Source of the DNA: Nostoc punctiforme PCC 73102
GTDB taxonomy: Bacteria; Cyanobacteriota; Cyanobacteriia; Cyanobacteriales; Nostocaceae
Direction of reading: 5' to 3'
NCBI RefSeq assembly: GCF_000020025.1
Contig: NC_010628.1
Coordinates: 2,490,001 to 2,522,000 of the forward strand
DNA length: 32,000 bases
The translations under genes were made by a program, and so were the position numbers. The notes under the pieces were generated by a model. That model worked only from the letters and a program-made list of their open reading frames with translations, made no database searches and was not told the origin of the DNA. This document shows positions 25,567 to 32,000 of this stretch, piece by piece; position 1 is the stretch's first letter, and each line of letters begins with the position of its first letter.

Positions 25567-25919
25567 AAATAACCTCTTGTGTTTGCTAGTTTGAAAGACT
25601 TGTTCAGAAAACTATTGGATGAGAACACTTATAATATAAATCTATTAAAATATGGTTACAATGGACTTTTGTTTGAAAAATGAGGAAATCCCTTAGATAT
25701 ATTTTTATTTATAAAAACCTCATTGTAGATTTAGGATTCCATATAACAATAAAATCCCTGAATTATTTAAAAAATCAGAAATCTGGAGCTTTGTTATTAC
25801 TCTATATTTATTGAATGAACTAAACGAAAGGTGTTTCCAAAATTTTTTTTAGATATTTCTTAGGATTTTCCTCACAAAACTCGATAATCTTAGGAATTTG
25901 AAATTCTGCTAACCGCTCT

Positions 25920-26480
25920 TTACAGTAATTTTGAACAAGCTCCGTACATCTCAAGAGTGGCAAAATCAAAGGTAGTGTGTCGAATAAACCACTCAAACAT
26001 CCACTTCAAATACAAGAAGGAAGGTATCAAAGCACAAAAACGTCTCTTCAAGACGCTGCGCGAACAAACCCATGTTTTGGCCTGTAACCAAATATCCTCT
26101 ATGGGATTTTGTTCTGGACAATTAGGCGCTTTAGCGATCGCAGTGTATTTTCCATTCATCGGATGGTAAGGTCTGATTAACCTCTTCCAAGAAACCTCGA
26201 ATCTCTTTGGAGGGGTGATAAGTAACGCCATCCCAAAAAATTACCAATCGCTGATCGCCAGACTCATTTAACAGATAGCGGAGGTAATCAATAGTATTTC
26301 TGAGTTGCCCTTGTCATAAGCTTTCAGCAATAAGGGACTTCCAGTTAAAAAAATATCCCGTCGTCGGGGCGCAAGGCCTTGCGCCCCTACAAATCTATAA
26401 ATAATTTGGGATAACTTATTTTTTGCAAGTCCCTAATTGTCCGTCGAGATAATCAACAGTCCCGTAATATGTCTGTTTGT
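25920..26480 (-). pseudogene. IS630/Tc1-mariner-like DDE transposase, C-terminal remnant with several frameshifts
   Basis: My hand translation gives three pieces in different frames: KQTYYGTVDYLDGQL[MITE]LLKAYDKGNSE, then NTIDYLRYLLNESGDQRLVIFWDGVTYHPSKEIRGFLEEVNQ...WKIHCDR*, then APNCPEQNPIEDIWLQAKTWV. No N-terminal half is present. Confidence 0.6.
26334..26433. mobile_element. 100-bp MITE nested in the transposase remnant
   Basis: The ends are gggacttccag... and ...tgcaagtccc (terminal inverted repeats GGGACTT.CA). A perfect 22-nt palindrome, ggggcgcaaggccttgcgcccc, sits at 26366-26387. The element is flanked by direct TAA at 26331-26333 and 26434-26436. Removing the element plus one TAA restores an in-frame ...DGQLLLKAYDKGNSE. 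Confidence 0.65.
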
Positions 26481-26524
26481 AAAAAAAGAGTTTTAGCCTT
26501 AAGTAAACCGTATTGGGGTATACA

Positions 26525-26959
26525 CTACTTTTGAGATGATATTTTAAATGCAGGCTTACCATCTTCTAAAGTTAGAAGAAGATAACACTTGCCAAATGTA
26601 TCATCATTCCAGCGATGAACGGGAATTCCAGAACAGCCTAAAGATTCTGTCATAACTTTTGGCAAATCTTGTAACGTAATATTTTTAACTGAATTCAATG
26701 ATGAAATGGCTTCTGCAAGTATAAGAACTGAACCGATTTCACTTAATCGTCTACTTTCAAGTGAAATGGTATTACCATGTTGAAGCTCATTTAACTCGAA
26801 CTCGGATACATTTAATCCAAGAAGATTGAAGCCCTTCTGAATTTCAGGAATTCCGATTTGAGTTGATGCAGAATTAATTGTAGTTGAGATAGACATAATT
26901 TCAGGAGTTTCTATTTGAGTGGATACAGACTTAATTGGAGTTGCAATTGATAGAGACAT
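26525..26959 (-). CDS. Hypothetical protein with N-terminal tandem 20-aa repeat
   Basis: The 144-aa ORF starts with two repeat units, SLSIATPIKSVSTQIETPEIM and SISTTINSASTQIGIPEIQK. I recognise no family. Coding status is supported only by ORF length and the absence of competing ORFs. Confidence 0.4.
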   Translation of the reverse strand: MSLSIATPIKSVSTQIETPEIMSISTTINSASTQIGIPEIQKGFNLLGLNVSEFELNELQHGNTISLESRRLSEIGSVLILAEAISSLNSVKNITLQDLPKVMTESLGCSGIPVHRWNDDTFGKCYLLLTLEDGKPAFKISSQK

Positions 26960-27556
26960 AATTGTTTAACCTGTTGTAATGATGTATTAGAATGAACTTT
27001 TAAGAAACACATTGCATAGAAAAGATTTTAGGTTTTAATTTTAATGTGTTTATTTCATATGTTGCACAAGTGAAAAAGGCTCTTTTCATAGGCTTATATT
27101 TTGTAGCACCTTTTTCATTCGCCAATAAATTTATTTGTTAGCTCAGTAATTAGTTGTATTTTGCTAAATCCAGCATATTTAAAGTTTGCAAAGTACATAA
27201 ACTAATTATGTAGTCTAAATATAAATACTGTTATACTTCTGAATTTTGACTTCTCAAGCGGATTAAATTTTGAATTTAGGGCTTGGTAAGGAGTTACAAT
27301 TTCTTTATCAAACAGATGAATTTTGATAATTATTAAGGTGTAATAAATAAGAAAAGGCATTTACTAGGTTTATTAGATGAGTGTTACTAACACGATGGAG
27401 GCACTTGGCAGTTCACATATATATTAAAATTCACTATTAGACTTATTGTAAAAGTCAATAAATATGCCTGCCATTATGAAGAAAATAGCGCTCATTGAGT
27501 AGTAACACTCTCAAGAGAGTAGCTTAGATTTCTGCTTTATAACTAAAAGGTAGTAC

Positions 27557-28318
27557 TTAATTTTCCTTGTTTTGTCGTGAACGTTGAGTTTTTAACTTGC
27601 TAATACCCAAGAAACTTGCAACTAAAATACTAGATATAAAAGATGAAGGTTCGGGAATAGCAGTGACTTTAAATTGTGTGGCTAATCCAAGAGTAGAACT
27701 AAATCTTGGATTAGCATTGACTGCATTAGCATCACCAGCCGCAATTACTGTAGATACAGAATCTCCCAAGACAAACTCGCTATCAAACCTGTTACCTGTA
27801 ATCTCAGGTGTAAACTTTTTGTACTCTAGTAATAAATTACCTTCTCTAGGATCATAGATGAATGGTTTTGTGAAATTGAGAACAATATCAAAGTTTTTTG
27901 GCGATCCTGCGAGTCCAATATTTTCAGAGCTTGCTTTCCATTCTCCATCAAAAACCTTTGTATAGTTGGCGCTAATATTTTCTTCAAATACACTACTTAA
28001 AGCGTCAGAATCTCGTGTTGTTGTGGAAAGGTAAAATTCGATATCTTCAATCGTAAAATCAAAAGGTGTCGTGTTTGATTCATCAGGGCGCAAAGCAATT
28101 TGAGAAATTTCTATTGGTGCAGAACCAAACTGTGAAGCATCATAAACCTGTTGAAATCGTGAGGGAAATGGAATGAGAAAACCAAGTCTAGAATTACCTT
28201 CTCGATTTTCTAATTGATCTGTTGATATGAAAGATGCCGCTTGGGCTGCATTAGTAATTCCTACAGATAATAATGCTACTTCTACAGTAAGCATTGATAG
28301 TTTATTTAAGATTCTCAT
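27557..28318 (-). CDS. PEP-CTERM sorting-domain secreted protein
   Basis: An N-terminal signal peptide (MRILNKLSMLTVEVALLSVGITNAAQAAS) is present. The C-terminal IPEPSSFISSILVASFLGISKLKTQRSRQ gives a PEP motif, a TM helix and a basic tail. GGAG lies upstream of the ATG. Confidence 0.8.
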   Translation of the reverse strand: MRILNKLSMLTVEVALLSVGITNAAQAASFISTDQLENREGNSRLGFLIPFPSRFQQVYDASQFGSAPIEISQIALRPDESNTTPFDFTIEDIEFYLSTTTRDSDALSSVFEENISANYTKVFDGEWKASSENIGLAGSPKNFDIVLNFTKPFIYDPREGNLLLEYKKFTPEITGNRFDSEFVLGDSVSTVIAAGDANAVNANPRFSSTLGLATQFKVTAIPEPSSFISSILVASFLGISKLKTQRSRQNKEN

Positions 28319-28575
28319 CGATCTAAGCTCCGACAGTGTAAATGTTTAACTCGATCTTATACTATGAAGCTGCGTCAGACCAATACAGTTCAGCTAATAT
28401 TGAAAATTGAATTTCATGCAGCTTTATTTTAATTTCTTAACCAAAACTAAAACTCTACTTAACTGAAATGTATTGGTGTAAAAATAGTACTTTACGATGC
28501 AAATAAAGCTACTATCTGAAATAGGCTTTTACCTTTGCCTTTAATCTTTATCAACAGTCCAATTTGACTAAAAAA

Positions 28576-30117
28576 TCAAGATTCAGCACTGATAAAAGAC
28601 CATTCAACATCTTCAGGTTGAATATCTCTCACGATGTTTTGTTCTGGGAAGGCTGCAAGAAAGAATCGATTCACTAACTGCTGCCAATTTTCCCATAGTA
28701 GTATCCACCACGGGAACACGAATGGATACTCTACTTCCTCAACTCCCAAAGCCTCACATTGCTGTTTCCATTCACGTTTGCAAAACTCAAGGTATTTACC
28801 ATTTCCTCCTTTTTCTATCATCGATTTCGATTTTTTTGCTGATGTGCGTAGAATAAATTTTTTGATATCTTTATTAGCAACTAGTAATTTTGAGAGTGAA
28901 CCCATGTGATAAGAAATGTTATACCCGGCATTTTGACTTGTTGGTAGCACAGGTATAATTTGCTCAAATTTACTTGGATTAATTAAGCTCATAGCAAAAA
29001 CTCTGGCTGCTATCTTTGTCAGTAATAATGTACTGCCACTAGTCATCAGCTTAGTTGCTTTTGTAGTCATACCAAACTCAGGATCTTGATCTAAAACGAA
29101 ATTAGTTTTTTTGTTGACCCAAATCCAATTTACTGCTTCAAAAGGAGGATAAACTTGTTTGAAAACATCCATTTGTCCTTCAAAACCAACACACTTGAGA
29201 ATGATATCTGCCTCAATTTTAGTTCCATCACTAGTGACGACACTATTGCTATCTATAAAATCAATACTGTCTTTTTTAAATTCAGCTTTCCCTACTTTAT
29301 GTGCTAAAAAAATAAAATCGGAAATGATGGGAACAGTTCTTTGATTAATAGAAAAACCATCCAAGTTTTCCTTCATAAAATTAGTTCCAGCCCAATCATA
29401 CATTTTCCAACTCATTTTTAATAGAGGAGCTACAGGAGCTAGTCTCATGGAATTGAGCCAAAACATTACCATGCGCGGTAAAACTATATTTATTGTCTTG
29501 GCGATGATAGTGACATGCGTGGCACCGTTAAGCAGCGCAGTCCGAGCATTTTCCATCGCAAAAGCACCGCAACCGATAATTGCAACTTTTTTACCACGGT
29601 ACTCGGAAATAGGCATATCATCTGAAATTCCATAGCGAATTAAACCTTGGAAATTTTTTTCTCCAGGGAAGTGGACTGTACGCCGTTTATGCAGTCTACC
29701 GCCAGCATAATAAATGCCATCTACTTCTAATGATTTGTTAGCATTATCGTGTTTGTAATAGACGCGGTATTTGCTGTCAGAAATATCTTCTATGGAGAAA
29801 ACTTCTGACTTAAAGATGATATGTTTACCAATCCCGTGTACATTGATGAAGCGTTCAGCATGAGCCAAAATTTCATCTCTCGGTGTAAACTCGCTTGGTA
29901 ATCCATTAGGATAATCCATGTCAAAGCGATATTCTGGTTCGGGGATTTGTACATAGCTTGACTGGTTGGCAAAGGTTCTCCAAACTCCTCCTGTAGCATC
30001 ATTTTTATCTAGAATGACAAATTCTATCCCTGCATCCTGAAAAATCTTTGCTGCTGTGATACCTCGAAAACCTGCTCCAATAATGGCAATTTTTTTGGGC
30101 TTTGTTAGTTGTTGCAT
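28576..30117 (-). CDS. Flavin-containing monooxygenase-like FAD/NAD(P)-binding oxidoreductase
   Basis: There are two dinucleotide-binding motifs, KKIAIIGAGFRGITAAK and KKVAIIGCGAFAMENA, with ATGGVW after the first. I set the start to the ATG at 30115-30117 (MQQLTK), preceded by GGAGA. The track start at 30132 is TTG. Confidence 0.8.
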   Translation of the reverse strand: MQQLTKPKKIAIIGAGFRGITAAKIFQDAGIEFVILDKNDATGGVWRTFANQSSYVQIPEPEYRFDMDYPNGLPSEFTPRDEILAHAERFINVHGIGKHIIFKSEVFSIEDISDSKYRVYYKHDNANKSLEVDGIYYAGGRLHKRRTVHFPGEKNFQGLIRYGISDDMPISEYRGKKVAIIGCGAFAMENARTALLNGATHVTIIAKTINIVLPRMVMFWLNSMRLAPVAPLLKMSWKMYDWAGTNFMKENLDGFSINQRTVPIISDFIFLAHKVGKAEFKKDSIDFIDSNSVVTSDGTKIEADIILKCVGFEGQMDVFKQVYPPFEAVNWIWVNKKTNFVLDQDPEFGMTTKATKLMTSGSTLLLTKIAARVFAMSLINPSKFEQIIPVLPTSQNAGYNISYHMGSLSKLLVANKDIKKFILRTSAKKSKSMIEKGGNGKYLEFCKREWKQQCEALGVEEVEYPFVFPWWILLWENWQQLVNRFFLAAFPEQNIVRDIQPEDVEWSFISAES

Positions 30118-30298
30118 TGATTTATTCTCCAAAGTAATATTTCACCAATTGAATTGGTATTAGCTGGGTATTTTGAATTTTGTTAGTTAAGCTTTTTCCG
30201 GGTTTCCAAATCTCCTTGGAAGGTCACTATTCTATTCATCTATATGTGCAGTGACATCACATAATTTTACTGTATTTTTTGTTGGCAGAAAAGTTTTA

Positions 30299-30393
30299 TA
30301 TAGGAATCCCATTTTCTTTTTGAAGATTGACCCTGATTGAAAGGTTGCCAGGGTTCTAAATATATCTAGCAAGTCTCAAATGGGATTCCTATA
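30299..30393. repeat. 16-bp perfect inverted repeat pair separated by 63 bp
   Basis: tataggaatcccattt (30299-30314) and aaatgggattcctata (30378-30393). Confidence 0.7.
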
Positions 30394-30424
30394 GTTCAAG
30401 TTCAATCAGTTCAGTTAAGATTTG

Positions 30425-30487
30425 TCCTCCCTAATCATACTTAAAAAGGAGAGAATTATAGTAAGCTTTTTAAGATGATTAGGGGGA
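30425..30487. repeat. Imperfect hairpin of about 23 bp
   Basis: The arms are tcctccctaatcatacttaaaaag (30425-30448) and ctttttaagatgattaggggga (30466-30487), with a 17-nt loop. It lies about 90 nt downstream of the SRPBCC stop on the minus strand. Confidence 0.6.
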
Positions 30488-30573
30488 TATTCTCAAGTAA
30501 AATACTACTAACATCAAAATCTTTTCTTAGTTTTACATTCGTGATGTTAGTATTAGTTGCACCTGCACAAATC

Positions 30574-31023
30574 TTATAATGTTGAGGCTCGCTCTACACG
30601 GGTTTTTAAGGCTTGATTCATTGCTTCAAAACCAGCCCGTGAATTACCTTCTAAGCTTCTTTTAAACAAGGGTACTAGTAATCCAGAGAAGAATTCACTA
30701 TGAAAAAGTTGTACAGAATTTGCTCCAGTTTTTTCGAGATAAAAAACATGTTCTGCATCCAAAAGTTTAGGGAGTAGAAACTTTCCTAACCAACGAAATT
30801 CTTTTTGTGGCTCTGCTTTAAGAACTATAGGTGTGAATGTCATACCTTTAGAACCAGGGGGCTGAATAAAAACATTTAATCTGGCTCCAGTCCTAACATT
30901 TCCAGTTGCCCGAAGAATGAATGGATTCCACTTAGGATAACTGGCTAAATCTGTAAGTTGTTGCCAAACTTCCTCGGCAGAAGCTTGAATTTCTATTTGG
31001 GTGTGTATTTGCATACGAAACAT
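30574..31023 (-). CDS. SRPBCC (polyketide cyclase/dehydrase-lipid transport fold) protein
   Basis: The 149-aa ORF reads IEIQASAEEVWQQLTDLASYPKWNPFI...F.W.G, typical of the SRPBCC/Bet v1-like family. GAGAGG precedes the ATG. Confidence 0.75.
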   Translation of the reverse strand: MFRMQIHTQIEIQASAEEVWQQLTDLASYPKWNPFILRATGNVRTGARLNVFIQPPGSKGMTFTPIVLKAEPQKEFRWLGKFLLPKLLDAEHVFYLEKTGANSVQLFHSEFFSGLLVPLFKRSLEGNSRAGFEAMNQALKTRVERASTL

Positions 31024-31300
31024 TTGAATACCTCTCGGATCTAATTAGTGTAAAGGCGGATTTTTCTACACAGTCGTATTAAGGAAAATGGCATTTTTTG
31101 ACATAACATCTGCTGAAGTTGGCTTTGCTACAACCACAAATCTTGATATTTAACTCGTAGAGATTGACTTGCTTTATTTAGGAAAACTTTGGTTTGCAGT
31201 TGTGACTATATTCTACATTAATTTGAAGATAAGAGGCAATTAAGCTGTCAGATGACAATCATCCTCTTTATTTAGATATCAAGAAACCTGTAAAAATACT

Positions 31301-32000
31301 TTATTTTATTGAAAACTGAGGTAATCTGAATGACTCATAGGTATCTTTTGGCTTCCAGTCTGTAATTTCTGATTGAATCAGATTGAACAGCTTACTGACT
31401 TGGTTCTTATTTCTAATATAAAAGTGTCCTTCTGGAAAGAAATGACTTCTGAACTCTTTAGTCGTATGCTGTTCCCAAGCATTAATATCTTGTTGACTAA
31501 CCATTGGATCAAATATTCCTCCAAGGGCATGAATTGGGCAAGGTAAAGCTTCAATTGGACGGGGTTGATAACTCTCGCACAGCAGGAAATCGTCTCGCAT
31601 TAGTGGCAATAAAACTTTCATCCAAGCCTCATCGTTTAACATCGATTCTGGGATGCCACCGAATCGATTTACGAATGATTTAAACTCTTCTACGTTCATA
31701 CTATTGCAAGAGTTATGAGGATAGTGAATATGAGGAGCGCGGTGAGCGCCGAGAAATAAAATGAAGGGTAGGTTTGTATCTTTTTTGCGACATTCATGAG
31801 CTAATTCATAAGCAATTAGCGCACCTAAACTGTGTCCATAAAAAGCATAGGGTTGGTGTAGATATTGTTTGAGTTGACTGTACAGTTCTGGAATTAGAGT
31901 ATTAAAATCGGTGATGCGAGGTTCACCAAAACGGTTCTCTCGTCCAGGTAACTGTACTGAGCATACTTCTACATTATGTTCTTGCAAGGACTCAGCCCAA
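31301..32000 (-). CDS. Type II thioesterase (PKS/NRPS-associated), 5' end beyond window
   Basis: VQLPGRENRF, GHSLGALIAYELA (GxSxG) and the C-terminal FFPEGHFYI are TE II hallmarks. The frame stays open upstream of the track's TTG start to the window edge (WAESLQEHNVEV). Confidence 0.8.
   Translation of the reverse strand, partial: WAESLQEHNVEVCSVQLPGRENRFGEPRITDFNTLIPELYSQLKQYLHQPYAFYGHSLGALIAYELAHECRKKDTNLPFILFLGAHRAPHIHYPHNSCNSMNVEEFKSFVNRFGGIPESMLNDEAWMKVLLPLMRDDFLLCESYQPRPIEALPCPIHALGGIFDPMVSQQDINAWEQHTTKEFRSHFFPEGHFYIRNKNQVSKLFNLIQSEITDWKPKDTYESFRLPQFSIK

Noticed and set aside
1581-29635. All plus-strand ORFs in the track (60-114 aa, for example 1581-1796, 3120-3305, 9826-10125, 10384-10701, 16082-16345, 21096-21440 and 28634-28909).
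   Set aside because: Each lies antisense inside a long minus-strand gene with clear family motifs. They have low-complexity or odd composition and no recognisable motifs or RBS. I treat them as shadow ORFs.
1-32000. 'M' at the start of several track ORFs (for example 3584, 6189, 10623, 19266, 30132 and 31987).
   Set aside because: The underlying codons are TTG or GTG, so the track translates alternative starts as M. Where a downstream ATG with an SD-like sequence existed I moved the start. The 31987 start is not real, because the frame continues to the window edge.

Overview
This is cyanobacterial DNA of the heterocystous Nostoc type. HIP1 octamers (GCGATCGC), tandem heptamer repeats and small hairpin repeats are frequent. 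The 569-aa ammonia-lyase at 21091-22800 matches my recollection of the characterised Nostoc punctiforme phenylalanine ammonia-lyase (PAL). All of the roughly 27 credible genes are on the minus strand. I saw no rRNA, tRNA or CRISPR. Block A (26.5-32 kb) is AT-richer and HIP1-free by eye. It holds a partial type II thioesterase, an SRPBCC protein, a flavin monooxygenase, a PEP-CTERM protein and a repeat protein. Block B (16.2-25.6 kb) reads ACP-like, KAS II, KAS III, PAL, acyl-CoA ligase, ThDP enzyme, atypical KAS III-like. I read it as an orphan phenylpropanoid-primed type II FAS/PKS-like biosynthetic cluster, and it is the main candidate for a new system. Its carrier protein has Tyr at the phosphopantetheine Ser position and contains no serine. 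Its last ketosynthase-like enzyme appears to lack the catalytic His. Block C (1.5-14.2 kb) is a tightly spaced run of AGE-like protein, two DJ-1/PfpI proteins, a benzoylformate-decarboxylase-like ThDP enzyme, an NTF2-like protein, a fused double ester cyclase, an alpha/beta hydrolase, a cupin, a SnoaL-like protein, a GMC oxidoreductase and a VOC protein. A partial GH13 gene follows it. The blocks are separated by mobile-element debris. An IS630 copy with intact inverted repeats has clipped the 3' end of a gene and has itself decayed. There are also IS110 and IS5-like remnants, and a 100-bp MITE nested in another transposase remnant. All functions are inferred by eye from motifs; no searches were run.
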